This document shows positions 9,850 to 30,013 of a DNA stretch of 64,000 nt, piece by piece. The position numbers were made by a program, and so were the translations under genes. Each line of letters starts with the position of its first letter. Position 1 is the stretch's first letter. Below the pieces are notes generated by a model. The model was not told the origin of the DNA. It did no database searches and saw only the letters and a list, made by a program, of their open reading frames with translations. The stretch is from an uncultured Pseudomonadota bacterium (lineage in GTDB: Bacteria > Oederibacteriota > Muellerivitia > Muellerivitales > Muellerivitaceae), in assembly GCA_963770835.1 (NCBI GenBank), contig CAVYRH010000011.1:32001-96000 (forward strand), read 5' to 3'.

Positions 9850-11240
9850 GTAAACCTGTGCAAAGGATTTTGGGAGCCTTTTTGGCCTTGGCCCTGCTGG
9901 CGCTCGCTCTTTTGCCGGATCCAGGTGTTTTTTTCATATGGCTTCCAATTTTTTTTACCGCTTATCTCGGTTTTTCCCTTCCTTCGGCGGGAGCATGGTT
10001 TCTCCTGGTCTATTTCACGGGTCTCGCGGTGGGCCGGTTTGCCTTCGGCCATTATGCCCAAAGCTGGGTCGCCCCTGAGATGTTGACCCTCGCCGCCCTT
10101 TATTGGGCCCCCTCTTTCATTCGGAAAAGACAAGCCAGGATAAGGGGAAAATACATATCGCAATACGAGGCAAAAAAGGGGGAATACGAATCCTTCCGGG
10201 AAGTCGCGGACCGGTTAAAAAAAGAAAACACCCAGAATGAAAAACAACTCCGGCACATTGAGCACTTGTACGACGTGATCAAAGAGGCGGGAAGCACCAT
10301 GAACGTCCAGGAAATGATCGAATTGACGAAGGAATTCACCGAACGGATGTTCGACTTGCCCCATTTCATTATCGCGGTGCTCTCCAACGACGCCAAAAAA
10401 TACGAAGTCCGGATCACCTCCGGATGTGACGAATTGCTTTTTCGGTCCTTTGACCTGGATTTGGAGTCTGGCGGGTTAGCGGCCATCTTAAGTCGGGAAA
10501 AAAAGCCCTTGTGGGTTTCTCCGGTGGACGCCAACGGCACTTTCTCAAAATTAAGGAACCTCGCCATCCGCTCCTTCATTTTCCTCCCCTTTTTGGTCCA
10601 AGACAGGGTCATTGGATTCTTGTGTTCCTATTCCAGCCAGGAAGACTTTATCGACCAGGAAAAGTTTTCCAATTTTCAGGTGTTTTGCAACCAAATATCT
10701 ATCGGGCTCCAGAAAGCCCTGCTTTACGAGAAAGTCCAAAAGCTTTCCATCACCGACGGACTGACCAAACTTTATTCCCACCGTTATTTCAAACAGCGCC
10801 TCGAGGAAGAACTCATCCTAGCCAACCGCTATTCGTCCCAATTGAGCCTGCTCATCCTGGACATCGATCACTTCAAACACTATAACGACAATTACGGCCA
10901 TGTGGCAGGTGACCACGTTTTGATGGAGGTGGCCAGAATCTTAAAGGAACAATCCGATATGACCCATCTCGTGGCCCGCTATGGAGGAGAGGAAATGGTG
11001 GTGGTCGCCCCGGAAACAACGAAAGAGCAGGCCATGGAACTGGCGGAAAAAATCCGAAAGACCATTGAGTCATTCTCCTTTGCGGTTGGGAAAGAAACCA
11101 CGAAGGTAACGGTCTCAATCGGGTTGGCTACCTTCCCCCAGGATTCCCAAACCAATTTGGATCTCATCGGCAAGGCAGATAAGGCTCTTTACGCAGCCAA
11201 GGCGAGAGGTCGAAATCGAATCGTGGCTTATCCCCTTTAA
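9846..11240 (+). CDS. Membrane GAF-GGDEF diguanylate cyclase lacking the RxxD I-site
   Basis: TM helices, coiled coil, GAF, TDGLTKL, DIDHFK, RYGGEEM; ATGA overlap with the upstream gene. Confidence 0.9.
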   Translation: MSKPVQRILGAFLALALLALALLPDPGVFFIWLPIFFTAYLGFSLPSAGAWFLLVYFTGLAVGRFAFGHYAQSWVAPEMLTLAALYWAPSFIRKRQARIRGKYISQYEAKKGEYESFREVADRLKKENTQNEKQLRHIEHLYDVIKEAGSTMNVQEMIELTKEFTERMFDLPHFIIAVLSNDAKKYEVRITSGCDELLFRSFDLDLESGGLAAILSREKKPLWVSPVDANGTFSKLRNLAIRSFIFLPFLVQDRVIGFLCSYSSQEDFIDQEKFSNFQVFCNQISIGLQKALLYEKVQKLSITDGLTKLYSHRYFKQRLEEELILANRYSSQLSLLILDIDHFKHYNDNYGHVAGDHVLMEVARILKEQSDMTHLVARYGGEEMVVVAPETTKEQAMELAEKIRKTIESFSFAVGKETTKVTVSIGLATFPQDSQTNLDLIGKADKALYAAKARGRNRIVAYPL

Positions 11241-11331
11241 CGTCGGTTAAGCAACAGTTCTCCCTTGACGAGTTGGAATTTAAGGGGTTGTGGAAAACAG
11301 ATTACGAGCAGCCAAGAATTGATTTTTAGGG

Positions 11332-11359
11332 TTGACAGTCCCCACCGACATGGTAGGAT
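11332..11359 (+). promoter_or_regulatory. Sigma70-type promoter upstream of rho
   Basis: TTGACA, 16 nt spacer, TAGGAT with an extended TG; about 250 nt leader before rho. Confidence 0.6.
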
Positions 11360-11610
11360 TAATCCATCCACGAAAGACGCCTGACACGATCCCCAATAGC
11401 TCCCGACGAACTACCCCTAAGTTTCATGAAAAGTCGAAAGACACTGGTTTTAAAACCCCAAGGTTTTTTGGGTTTTGAAGTTGAGTAGGCCGGTTCAATC
11501 TCTGGAATAAATTCAACTAACATGGTTTTTCAATCAAAATTTTAATTTTCCTACCACACTTTCGGGCTCTTCTGTGCCCGGAAGATTTTCGCGAAAGGAT
11601 TTAAGGGCTT

Positions 11611-12870
11611 ATGGATATAGGGGATCTGAAAAAGAAGACCATCGCCGAATTGACCGAGGTGGCCCGGGAACTCAACCTGGAAGGCGTCGGTACAATGAAG
11701 AAACAAGACTTGATCTTCAAAATCCTGGAAACCCAGACCCAGCGCAACGGCGTCATCAACGCCGAAGGGGTCCTGGAAATTCTACCGGACGGTTTTGGTT
11801 TCTTGAGGTCCGCCAATTATAACTACCTGCCCGGTCCCGATGACATTTACGTCTCCCCCTCCCAGATACGCCGGTTCAATCTGCGCACTGGCGATACGGT
11901 GACGGGACAGGTCCGCCCTCCTAAGGAAGGCGAGAGGTATTTCGCCCTTTTGAAGGTGGACTCCATCAATTTCGAGCCTCCGGACGCCATCAAGCAAAAG
12001 GTGCTCTTCGACAACCTGACGCCCATCTATCCCAATAAACGCATTTGGCTGGAAACTTCGCCCGACGATTTGTCTATGCGGGTCATGGACTTGCTGATCC
12101 CCCTGGGCAAAGGCCAGCGGGGGCTGGTGGTGGCCCCGCCCCGCACTGGGAAAACCATCTTACTCCAGAAGATCGCCAACAGTATTGCCAAGAATCACCC
12201 CGAGATTTACTTGATTGTTTTGCTAATCGACGAAAGACCTGAAGAAGTGACGGATATGCAGCGGTCGGTGAAGGGGGAGGTTGTCTCTTCCACCTTCGAT
12301 GAGCCGCCCGAGCGTCACGTGACGGTGGCCGAGATCATCATTGAGAAAGCTAAACGGCTGGTGGAGCATAAGAAGGATGTGGTGATTCTGCTCGATTCCA
12401 TCACCCGCCTAGGGCGTGCCTATAACACCATCGTTCCCTCCTCGGGCAAGGTGCTTTCCGGAGGCGTGGATTCCAATGCCCTGCAGCGGCCCAAGCGGTT
12501 TTTCGGCGCGGCCCGCGACATCGAGGAAGGGGGAAGCCTTACCATTATTGCCACTGCCCTCATCGACACCGGAAGCCGCATGGATGAGGTGATTTTCGAG
12601 GAGTTCAAGGGAACGGGCAACCAGGAAATCGTGCTGGACCGCAAGTTGGCTGAACGCCGCATATTCCCAGCTTTTGACATCACCCGATCAGGCACCCGTC
12701 GTGAGGAATTGCTGCTCACGGAAGAAGAGCTGAATAAGGTTTGGATTTTAAGAAAAATTCTGAATCCCAACAACTCCGTGGATGCCATGGAATTTTTATT
12801 GGACAAAATGCGCCGCACCAAATCCAACAAGGCCTTCTTGGACTCCATGAAAGGGACTGTGAACGAGTAA
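11611..12870 (+). CDS. rho: Transcription termination factor Rho
   Basis: [44 protein letters not shown]. Confidence 0.99.
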   Translation: MDIGDLKKKTIAELTEVARELNLEGVGTMKKQDLIFKILETQTQRNGVINAEGVLEILPDGFGFLRSANYNYLPGPDDIYVSPSQIRRFNLRTGDTVTGQVRPPKEGERYFALLKVDSINFEPPDAIKQKVLFDNLTPIYPNKRIWLETSPDDLSMRVMDLLIPLGKGQRGLVVAPPRTGKTILLQKIANSIAKNHPEIYLIVLLIDERPEEVTDMQRSVKGEVVSSTFDEPPERHVTVAEIIIEKAKRLVEHKKDVVILLDSITRLGRAYNTIVPSSGKVLSGGVDSNALQRPKRFFGAARDIEEGGSLTIIATALIDTGSRMDEVIFEEFKGTGNQEIVLDRKLAERRIFPAFDITRSGTRREELLLTEEELNKVWILRKILNPNNSVDAMEFLLDKMRRTKSNKAFLDSMKGTVNE

Positions 12871-12941
12871 AAGCAGCTGTTAGCCGGCGGTAAAGACCTT
12901 GAAGATATAAAGCTGGCAGCTGACTTTGAGGGGTTGAGCCG

Positions 12942-13871
12942 ATGAATTATTTTGTACGAAAGGTTTACCTCTCTATCGCGGCCGTTTTGACGGTTCTTTG
13001 GTTTGGCATGCTCGCCTTGACCGTCCACGCCATGAAGCCAGAGATGTTTTCCTTCCCTTCGGCCCCCTTTCCGAAGGCTGCCGAAAACCTGCCAGGCTTG
13101 TCACCTTCCCTTGAAGTGTCGGGGATTCATTTTTCCACTTACCACGTTGCTTCCAACGATACTTTTTCAAGCCTTTCGCAAAAATTCCATCTTTCGGAAG
13201 AAACCCTCCGGAGCCTGAACCAAGCCAACGACAACACTCAACCCCAAACCAACTCTATTCTCCTCATCCCCTCCAAGAACGGGATTTTTCATATGGCCCG
13301 GCCCGGACAAAGCTTGGCGGACATTGCCCGCGCCTACGGCCTGTCCTTAAAAGATGTCCTGAAATCAAACCCTCAAAGGGGGGACGCAGACCTGAAACCG
13401 GGGGACGTTTTATACCTGCCCGGAGCCATTTATCTCCAAAAACAGGACGTGCGTTGGATGGCATTGGCTTCCCTCGCCGACCAAAATGGCTTTTTAAAGC
13501 CCACCACCGGGCGGTTCGCAGATGGGTTCGGGATGCGCCTGCATCCCATCACCCATAAAATGACTTTTCACGAGGGGCTTGATTTGGCGCCCGGATGGGG
13601 AGCCCGGGTGGTGGCTTCTCAAAATGGAAGGGTTCTTTTCGCGGGGATTAGGGCCGGTTATGGGCTTTTAGTTATCTTGGACCATGGCGAAGGCCTGACC
13701 TCTTGGTATGCCCATTTGGACGAGATTTTGGTGAAACCCAGCCAAACAGTTAAGCGCGGGGAATTGATCGGAAAGGTAGGAAATACTGGCCGAGTCACGG
13801 GTCCCCACCTTCATTTTGAGGTGCGTTTGAACGGAAAACCGCGGAATCCCCTGCTGTACTTAGTCCAATAG
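12942..13871 (+). CDS. LysM-containing M23 peptidase
   Basis: Two LysM-like repeats; HEGLD, YAHL and TGPHLHFEV motifs. Confidence 0.92.
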   Translation: MNYFVRKVYLSIAAVLTVLWFGMLALTVHAMKPEMFSFPSAPFPKAAENLPGLSPSLEVSGIHFSTYHVASNDTFSSLSQKFHLSEETLRSLNQANDNTQPQTNSILLIPSKNGIFHMARPGQSLADIARAYGLSLKDVLKSNPQRGDADLKPGDVLYLPGAIYLQKQDVRWMALASLADQNGFLKPTTGRFADGFGMRLHPITHKMTFHEGLDLAPGWGARVVASQNGRVLFAGIRAGYGLLVILDHGEGLTSWYAHLDEILVKPSQTVKRGELIGKVGNTGRVTGPHLHFEVRLNGKPRNPLLYLVQ

Positions 13872-14005
13872 TGGCCTAAAAATTATGGAATCTAGGCTCG
13901 CCGAGGGTCTTTACTTCTAAGGTTGATTTTTTTATGTTTTTGAATAAACTAACGACCCCTCAAAAAATGAGCAGGGAACGAGTCATAAAGAAACGGAGTT
14001 GTGGC

Positions 14006-14317
14006 ATGAGAACAGGAATTCACCCTAAATATTATAAAACCAAGATCGTTTGCGCCTGCGGCAACGTGATCGAAACGGCTTCCACCAAAGGCGAAACCTT
14101 TTCGGTTGAAATTTGCTCGGCTTGCCACCCATTCTTTACCGGAAAAATCAAGCTGGTGGACATGGCCGGCCGCGTGGAGAAGTTCCAAAAGAAAAGCGCC
14201 AGCGCCGCCAATGTACAGGCCGAAACAAAGGCCCGCTTGGAAGCCAAGGCGGTCGCCGCCGCGGCCAAAAAGGCCAAACGCCAGGCAGCCCCCCCTCCCG
14301 CCGAAAAGAATTCTTAG
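14006..14317 (+). CDS. rpmE: 50S ribosomal protein L31 (Zn-ribbon type, Ala/Lys-rich tail)
   Basis: MRTGIHPKY...CACG...[11 protein letters not shown]...GRVEKF. Confidence 0.96.
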   Translation: MRTGIHPKYYKTKIVCACGNVIETASTKGETFSVEICSACHPFFTGKIKLVDMAGRVEKFQKKSASAANVQAETKARLEAKAVAAAAKKAKRQAAPPPAEKNS

Positions 14318-14337
14318 ACCCCTTTCCGTCTTGCCCC

Positions 14338-14371
14338 AAAACCTCCGGAATTTAAAGCCGGAGGTTTTTTT
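14338..14371 (+). terminator. Rho-independent terminator after rpmE
   Basis: AAAACCTCCGG...CCGGAGGTTTTTTT. Confidence 0.8.
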
Positions 14372-14427
14372 ATTGAGGCCGATTCCCTTTTACGGTTCAA
14401 ACCTATCAATGATTCAAAGGCTTTCCG

Positions 14428-15498
14428 ATGATAGAGCCCAAACTCCAAAAAACCGAAAAACGCTACCAGGAACTATCCGACCGGTTGATTCACCCAGATA
14501 CTTTTTCCAATTCCGCAGAATTGCAAAAAATCTCCAAAGAACACGCCGATCTGGAGCCTTTGATCCAGAAGATCCAAGAATACCGGAAGTTCCATCGGGA
14601 AAGGGAGGAGACTCGCTCCTTACTGGAAGGTTCCGACCGGGAAATGAGGTTCCTGGCCCAGTCGGAACTTCCAGACTTGGAAAAAAAAATTGGAGAAATC
14701 GAGAAAGACCTGAAGAGGATGCTTCTTCCCAAGGATCCCTATGGGGCAAGAAACGCCATCGTGGAAATACGAGCCGGAACGGGAGGGGATGAGGCGGCCC
14801 TTTTTGTGGCAGACCTTTTCCGCATGTATTCCAGGTATATTGAAAAGATAGGCATGAAAATGGAACTCATCGATTCCAGTCCAACTGAAATCGGCGGTTT
14901 CAAGGAAATCATTTTTATGGTGACGGGTAGGGATACTTACGGGAAGTTCCGTTTCGAAAGCGGTATTCATCGGGTACAGCGGGTTCCTCGTACCGATGCC
15001 TCGGGCCGCATCCACACTTCAGCGGCAACCGTGGCGGTTTTACCTGAGACGGATGAGGTGGAAATCCAAGTCAAGGATTCAGATTTGCGCATCGATACCT
15101 TTTGCTCTTCAGGGGCCGGGGGCCAAAGCGTTAATACTACTTATTCGGCTGTACGTATCACCCACATTCCCACTGGGCTGGTCGTCCAATGTCAAGATGA
15201 GCGGTCCCAGCTGAAAAACAAAGGAAAAGCTATGAAGGTTCTTTACGCCCGCCTTAAAGAAAAGGCGGACGAGGAAGCGCAGGCCTCCCTCTCCGCGACG
15301 CGCAAAAATCAGGTCGGAAGCGGTGACCGCAGTGAGAAAATAAGGACTTACAATTTTCCTCAAAATAGGGTGACGGACCATCGCATCGGCCTGACACTCT
15401 ACCGGCTGGACAAGGTGATGGAAGGGGACTTAGATGAAATCCTGGAGGCCTTGGCATTGGCCTATCAGGAGGAACAGTTAAAGGGGCAAGAAGCCTAA
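14428..15498 (+). CDS. prfA: Peptide chain release factor 1
   Basis: GGQ motif, PxT (VPRT), [11 protein letters not shown]. Confidence 0.98.
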   Translation: MIEPKLQKTEKRYQELSDRLIHPDTFSNSAELQKISKEHADLEPLIQKIQEYRKFHREREETRSLLEGSDREMRFLAQSELPDLEKKIGEIEKDLKRMLLPKDPYGARNAIVEIRAGTGGDEAALFVADLFRMYSRYIEKIGMKMELIDSSPTEIGGFKEIIFMVTGRDTYGKFRFESGIHRVQRVPRTDASGRIHTSAATVAVLPETDEVEIQVKDSDLRIDTFCSSGAGGQSVNTTYSAVRITHIPTGLVVQCQDERSQLKNKGKAMKVLYARLKEKADEEAQASLSATRKNQVGSGDRSEKIRTYNFPQNRVTDHRIGLTLYRLDKVMEGDLDEILEALALAYQEEQLKGQEA

Positions 15499-15564
15499 AC
15501 GCCGAAACCGGTTAATGGACCTTACCGCAGGCTTCCAGCGAAAACCAGATAGGGGAGTACTTGA

Positions 15565-16446
15565 ATGCCTGAGGAAAAAGGGGCCAAGGAGGTTTGGACG
15601 CCCCTGAAGATCATTCAATGGGCAGTTCCTTATTTAACCCAAAAAGGTATTACCAGTGCACGGTTGGACGTGGAGCTCATCATCGCCCATGCCCTTCGTT
15701 TGGACCGCCTCAAGGTTTACCTTCAATTCGACCGTCCGTTGGATGCCGGGGAATTATCAGCCATTCGGGAATTATTGAAACGCCGGGCCCAGCGGGAACC
15801 CCTTCAATATATCTTGGGCCAAAGGGAGTTTTTTGGGCTTAATTTTGTGGTTTCCGTTGGGGTGCTTATTCCCCGGCCTGAAACGGAGTTATTAGTAGAG
15901 GGAGTTCTCGAACATTTAAAATCTATACCGGAGGAAAAAAGACTGTTTTTAGATCTCGGTACGGGTAGTGGGTGCATTGCCATTGCGGTGGCTAAAAATA
16001 TTCCTTGCCATGTTTGGGCGGTTGATCAATCGGAAAAAGCCTTAGAAATATCAAAATTGAACGCTCAAAACTTGGGTGTTACAACAATAGAGTGGCGTCA
16101 GGGCAGTTGGTTTGGAGCTTTAAAGTCGGAGGATCCCCTCCAATTTGCCGCGATTGCCAGCAATCCCCCCTACCTTTCCAACTGGGAGAAGTCCGAATTA
16201 TCGCCGGAAGTAAGGGATTATGAACCGCCCGAGGCGTTGTTCGCGGAGAAAGATGGGTTGGAAGCCTATGAGCAGATTGCAATGGGGCTTAAAGACAGGC
16301 TTATGCCTGGAGGGGCCGCTTTCTTTGAAATCCATGCAAATGGTTATGACAAGGTTTCCAGGGTATTGTTCCCACTAGGCTACAAGAAAACTGTGGACAA
16401 GGACTTGCCAGGATATCCCCGCATGATTAAGCTTAAAAATGAATAA
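15565..16446 (+). CDS. prmC: Release factor glutamine methyltransferase
   Basis: LIPRPETE, DLGTGSGCI, SNPPY; follows prfA. Confidence 0.96.
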   Translation: MPEEKGAKEVWTPLKIIQWAVPYLTQKGITSARLDVELIIAHALRLDRLKVYLQFDRPLDAGELSAIRELLKRRAQREPLQYILGQREFFGLNFVVSVGVLIPRPETELLVEGVLEHLKSIPEEKRLFLDLGTGSGCIAIAVAKNIPCHVWAVDQSEKALEISKLNAQNLGVTTIEWRQGSWFGALKSEDPLQFAAIASNPPYLSNWEKSELSPEVRDYEPPEALFAEKDGLEAYEQIAMGLKDRLMPGGAAFFEIHANGYDKVSRVLFPLGYKKTVDKDLPGYPRMIKLKNE

Positions 16447-16451
16447 CTTTA

Positions 16452-16481
16452 TTGACTCTTTTTGGCAGGAGTCTGTATAAT
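16452..16481 (+). promoter_or_regulatory. Sigma70-type promoter for rpoB
   Basis: TTGACT, 18 nt spacer, TATAAT. Confidence 0.65.
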
Positions 16482-16599
16482 CACCCCTCTTTGCCCAAAA
16501 CGAGAAAAAACCCTTTCTCGTTTTTTGTTTTCTAAGGGAAGAAATTCCCGTCAAGCAAGGCGCCTTGGCTCATTCCTGTTGTCTTCTGGAGGACATTCT

Positions 16600-20289
<3,690 letters not shown>

Positions 20290-20301
20290 GGAGGGGAAAA
20301 A

Positions 20302-24579
<4,278 letters not shown>

Positions 24580-24791
24580 GCTGTCTTTTTGTCATAGCGG
24601 TTGAGAAAATCCTCCTTTTGGGCGGTGCCGAAGGTTGGCACTTACCAAATGGGTGAGCTAGAGGAGGGATTTGCTTGAAGATTCCCCCTTGGGCCTTTTG
24701 AGGGCCCAGGGTTTCGTATGGAATATTCATTTGGCAAAGGCGGAGCTCACTGTCTTTGCCTTTTTTATTTTTAGGATGCGTGGAGGAAACT

Positions 24792-25183
24792 TTGCCGACG
24801 CTGAATCAATTGGTCCGCATGGGCCGTGAAAAAAGCAAGCATAAAACAAAATCTCCGGCTTTGAAGGCTTGTCCTCAAAAGCGCGGGGTGTGCGTGAAAG
24901 TGGCGACCATGACACCTAAAAAGCCAAACTCGGCTCTTCGGAAGATTGCCCGCGTGCGTTTGACCAATGGAATGGAAGTCACTTGTTATATCCCGGGCGT
25001 GGGCCACAACTTACAGGAGCACTCGATTGTTTTGATCCGCGGAGGCCGCGTGAAGGACTTCCGGGTGTTCGTTATCACATTATCCGCGGCGCCTTGGACG
25101 CCGCCGGTGTTGCCGATCGTAAACAAGGACGGTCCAAATATGGAATGAAGCGGCCTAAAAAAGAAGCCGTTGCGAAAGCTTAA
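24792..25183 (+). CDS. rpsL: 30S ribosomal protein S12, one frameshift near 25058
   Basis: TTG start after [16 protein letters not shown], then [10 protein letters not shown] in another frame. Confidence 0.95.
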
Positions 25184-25193
25184 GGAGTAGGAA

Positions 25194-25664
25194 ATGCCCC
25201 GTCGAAAAGTAGCCGCGAAAAGGGAAATCCTTTCGGATTCCCGTTACAACAACAAATTGGTGACGAAATTCATCAATTGCATGATGTATGACGGCCAAAA
25301 AATGGTGGCTTCCCGAAGTTTTTATGATGCCTTGGATGTGTTGGGCGAAAAGCACGGCGAAGGCGCTTTGAATGTGTTTAAGACTGCCATTGATAACGTC
25401 AAACCAGTTTTGGAAGTAAAGTCGCGCCGAGTTGGCGGAGCTACTTATCAGGTTCCGGTTGAAATTCGTCCGGAACGCCGGGTTTCCCTGGCCATCCGTT
25501 GGATTTTAACAGCGGCCCGGGCGCGTAAAGAAAAAACCGTTGCCGAGAAATTGGCAGCCGAATTGACCGATGCATTCAAAAACCAAGGCACGGCCATTAA
25601 GAAAAAAGAAGATACCCATAAGATGGCGGAAGCCAATCAGGCTTTTGCCCACTATCGCTGGTAA
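25194..25664 (+). CDS. rpsG: 30S ribosomal protein S7
   Basis: [25 protein letters not shown]. Confidence 0.98.
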   Translation: MPRRKVAAKREILSDSRYNNKLVTKFINCMMYDGQKMVASRSFYDALDVLGEKHGEGALNVFKTAIDNVKPVLEVKSRRVGGATYQVPVEIRPERRVSLAIRWILTAARARKEKTVAEKLAAELTDAFKNQGTAIKKKEDTHKMAEANQAFAHYRW

Positions 25665-25679
25665 TTTGAGGAAATTAAA

Positions 25680-27776
25680 TTGGCGACGACAACGACACCG
25701 GCAAATACCTTTGGCTAAAACCCGAAACATCGGGATTATGGCCCATATTGACGCGGGCAAAACCACTTTGACGGAACGCATTCTTTTTTACACGGGACGT
25801 ACCCATAAAATTGGCGAAGTCCACGACGGCGCCGCAACCATGGACTGGATGCCGCAGGAACAAGAACGCGGAATTACCATCACTTCAGCCGCCACTACCT
25901 GCTTTTGGAAAAATAACCGAATTAATATTATTGATACTCCTGGTCACGTGGACTTTACCATCGAAGTGGAGCGCTCTCTCCGCGTTCTCGATGGAGCCAT
26001 TGGCGTTTTTGGCGCCGTGGAAGGGCGTGGAGCCCCAGTCGGAAACGGTTTGGCGCCAGGCTACCCGTTACGGGGTTCCCCGTATTGCCTTCGTGAATAA
26101 AATGGATCGAGTGGGCGCGGATTATTTCGCGGCCATCGAACAGATGCGAAGCCGTTTAAACGCCAACGCTCATGCAGTTACCCTGCCGGTGGGGTTTGAA
26201 GAAAAATTTGACGGCATCATCCACTTGGTGGAAATGAAACGATACCGTTGGCTGGATGACATCTTGGGCGCCAAGTTTGAAATTGAGGAAATACCTGCCG
26301 ACATGAAGGAAATGGCCGAAAAATATCACAAAGAATTGGTCGAAGCGGTCGCTGAATTCGATGACGACGTCATGCAAAAGTATCTCGACGGCAAGGAAAT
26401 TACCGCCGAAGAACTGCAACTCTGTATCCGCAAAGGAACAATTTCCAACAAATTTAACCCGGTTTTTTGCGGCTCGGCCTTTAAGAACAAGGGTGTTCAA
26501 CCCCTTTTGGATGCGGTCGTCAATTATCTCCCTTCGCCCTTGGATATCCCTCCGGTCAAAGGTCACAACGCCGAGACCGAATGCGGAAGAAACTCGCGAA
26601 GCCAGTGATGAGTGCGCCCTTTTCCGCCTTTGCCTTCAAAATCATGACTGATCCTCACGTTGGAAAATTGGTTTATTTCCGCGTTTATTCTGGAACCCTT
26701 TCCGTTGGTTCGTATGTTTATAACTCCACTAAGGGAAACCGTGAGCGTATTGGACGTCTCTTGCAGATGCATGCCAACAAACGGGAAGAAATCAAAGAGG
26801 TCCATGCCGGGGATATCGCCGCTACCGTTGGCATCAAAACCATCACCACTGGGGACACTTTGTGTCTTGAGGAGAAACCCATTATTCTCGAGAAGATGGT
26901 GTTTCCTGACCCGGTCATTTCGGTGGCCATCGAACCTAAAACCAAAGCTGATCAAGAAAAAATGGGTTTGGCCTTGAGTAAGTTGGCTGAAGAGGATCCT
27001 TCTTTCCGGGTCAAGAGCGATGAGGAGACGGGCCAAACCATTATTTCGGGCATGGGCGAGCTCCACTTGGAGATTATCGTGGACCGCATGATGCGGGAAT
27101 TCAACGTTCAAGCTAACGTGGGAAAGCCCCAGGTTGCTTATCGCGAAACAATTCGAAAAGGCGTTGAGGCGGAGGGAAAATATATTCGACAAACGGGTGG
27201 GCGCGGCAATATGGCCATGTTTACATCACAATGGAACCACTCAGGGCCTGGGAAAGGCATCGAGTTTGTTGATGCCATCAAGGGCGGCACGGTTCCTCGG
27301 GAATATATTCCCGCCGTTCGAAAAGGGAATCATGGAAGCCAAGGACACGTGGCGTGCTTGCTGGTTATCCGGTGGTCGATTTCAAGGTCACTCTCTTCGA
27401 CGGTTCTTATCACGATGTTGACTCAAACGAAATGGCATTTAAGATTGCCGCTTCCATGGCGTTCAAGGATGCAATGAAGAATGCCGAACCGGTTATTTTG
27501 GAGCCGGTCATGGATGTGGAAGTTGTCACTCCTGATGACTTCATGGGCCCGGTCATGGGGGACCTTCAATCCAAACGTGGAAAGATCGAGGGAATGGAAT
27601 TGCGCGGATCGGCCCAAATCATCCGTTCAAAAGTTCCCCTGTCCGAAATGTTTGGTTATTCGACGAATTTGCGGTCAATGACCCAAGGACGGGCAACCTA
27701 TACCATGCAGTTCGCTCATTACGAGGAAACTCCTCGGTCCGTTCAGCAGGAAATCATCGCAAAAGTAAAAGGCTGA
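25680..27776 (+). CDS. fusA: Elongation factor G, several frameshifts
   Basis: [37 protein letters not shown] spread across ORF pieces. Confidence 0.95.
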
Positions 27777-27819
27777 AAAAATTCAACACCCGTGAAGGGG
27801 TGAAAGGGGAGGCGTGTCT

Positions 27820-29014
27820 ATGTCAAAAGAGAAATTCGTAAGAAACAAGCCGCACGTGAATATCGGGACGATCGGGCACGTCGACCATGGAAAGACGACA
27901 CTGACGGCGGCGATCACGACGGTATTGGCAAAGAAGGGATTGGCGACGGCGAAGGGTTATGCGGACATCGACAATGCCCCGGAAGAGAGGGAGCGCGGGG
28001 TTACGATCAATACCTCCCACGTGGAGTACCAGACCGAGAAGCGGCATTACGCGCACGTGGACTGCCCAGGCCACGCGGACTATATCAAGAACATGGTGAC
28101 GGGCGCGGCGCAGATGGACGGAGCGATTTTGGTGGTCTCGGCGGCGGACGGACCCATGCCCCAGACGCGGGAACATATTCTTTTGGCCCGCCAGGTCGGG
28201 GTGCCTTATATCGTGGTTTTCCTGAACAAGTGCGACATGGTGGACGACAAGGAGCTGTTGGAGCTGGTGGAAGTGGAAGTTCGGGACCTTTTGACCAAGT
28301 ACGGGTTCCCCGGAGATAAGACGCCGGTCATCAAGGGATCGGCCACGAAGGCCTTGGAAGGGGATACAGGGCGAGCTCGGGCGAACCGGCGATTTTCAAG
28401 CTGATGGAAGCGGTGGATAGCCTATATCCCGGATCCGAAGCGGGACGTGGACAAGGATTTCCTGATGGCGGTGGAGGACGTATTTTTGATTACCGGCCGT
28501 GGGACGGTGGCGACGGGCCGGGTGGAACGTGGAAAGGTGAAGGTGGGGGACACGGTTGAGATTGTTGGAATCAAGCCCACGAAGGAAACAGTGGTGACGG
28601 GCGTGGAAATGTTCCGGAAGCTGCTGGATGACGCGCAAGCGGGGGACAACATCGGAGCCCTCCTGCGCGGCGTGGAAAAGAAGGACATCGAGCGGGGCCA
28701 GGTTTTGGCGAAGCCCAAGAGCGATCACCCCGCACAAGAAGTTTAAGGGGGAAGTATACGTGTTGACGAAGGAAGAGGGTGGACGGCACACGCCGTTTTT
28801 CAACGGGTACAAGCCGCAATTCTTCTTCCGGACGACGGACGTGACGGGAAGCGTGAAGCTGCCGCAGGGAGTGGAGATGTGCATGCCGGGGGACAACATC
28901 ACGATGGAGATCGAGTTGATCGTGCCGGTGGCGATGGAGAAGGAACTGAGGTTCGCGATCCGGGAAGGCGGCCACACGGTGGGCGCCGGCGTTGTCACTC
29001 AGATCATTGAATAA
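27820..29014 (+). CDS. tuf: Elongation factor Tu, frameshifted
   Basis: [47 protein letters not shown]. Confidence 0.96.
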
Positions 29015-29033
29015 AGAAAAGGCGAGGTAAAGA

Positions 29034-29351
29034 ATGGCCACGGCCACAAGTCAAAAAATCCGAATCAAATTAAAGGCCTATGATCACCGGCTTTTGGACC
29101 GGTCGACGGTCGAGATCATCGAAACTGTCCGCCGTACGGGTGCCATCGTTTTAGGGCCGGTTCCATTGCCGACGGAGATCAACCGTTATACGGTGTTGCG
29201 TAGCCCCCACGTGGACAAAAAATCGCGGGAACAGTTTGAAATCCGCACTCACAAACGACTGGTGGATATCGTGAACCCGAACCAGCGAACGATCGATGCC
29301 TTGATGAAACTTGACCTCCCTGCAGGCGTGGATGTCGAGATCAAGTTGTAA
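29034..29351 (+). CDS. rpsJ: 30S ribosomal protein S10
   Basis: [14 protein letters not shown]. Confidence 0.98.
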   Translation: MATATSQKIRIKLKAYDHRLLDRSTVEIIETVRRTGAIVLGPVPLPTEINRYTVLRSPHVDKKSREQFEIRTHKRLVDIVNPNQRTIDALMKLDLPAGVDVEIKL

Positions 29352-29362
29352 GGGTGAGGGAA

Positions 29363-30002
29363 ATGAGCGACAACGTGAAAACTTTAATCGGCAAAAAGGT
29401 TGGCCAGACCACTTTATTTGAAGAAAGCGGCAAGGCCACCCACGTAACGGTCCTGGAAATCGGGCCTTGTGTGGTCATCCAAAAGAAAACCCAAGATAAA
29501 GAGGGCTATAATGCTCTTCAATTGGGTTTCTCGGAGAAAAAAGAAAAGCACACAACCAAGGCTTTGCAGGGTCATTTCAAAAAGTCGGGTGCAACACCCA
29601 AACGTATTTTGAAAGAAATCCGCGTTGCAGGACGCATCTCCTTTCCAGGTGGGGCAGGCTTTGACGGTCGAAAATTTCAAAGACGTCACTTGGGTCGATG
29701 TAACGGGCGTTTCCAAGGGCAAGGGATTCCAAGGTGTGGTACGGCGCCACGGTTTCAGGGGTGGTCGGAATTCCCATGGCAGCATGTTTCATCGCGCTCC
29801 AGGCGGTATTGGAGCCTCTTCCGACCCTTCGCGCGTTTATCCCGGCAGCCGCATGCCGGGCCACATGGGGACCCAGAAAAATACCGTTTTGAACTTAAAG
29901 GTCGTAAAAGTGGATTCCGATAACAATCTCTTGTTCGTGAAGGGTGCTGTGCCGGGTGCCGATGGGGGCATTGTGACGGTGCGGCCGAGCGTTAAAAAAT
30001 AA
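29363..30002 (+). CDS. rplC: 50S ribosomal protein L3, frameshift near 29628
   Basis: GYNALQLG, then SKGKGFQG...HGS...KGAVPG in a second frame. Confidence 0.95.
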
Positions 30003-30013
30003 AGGTGAGATCC

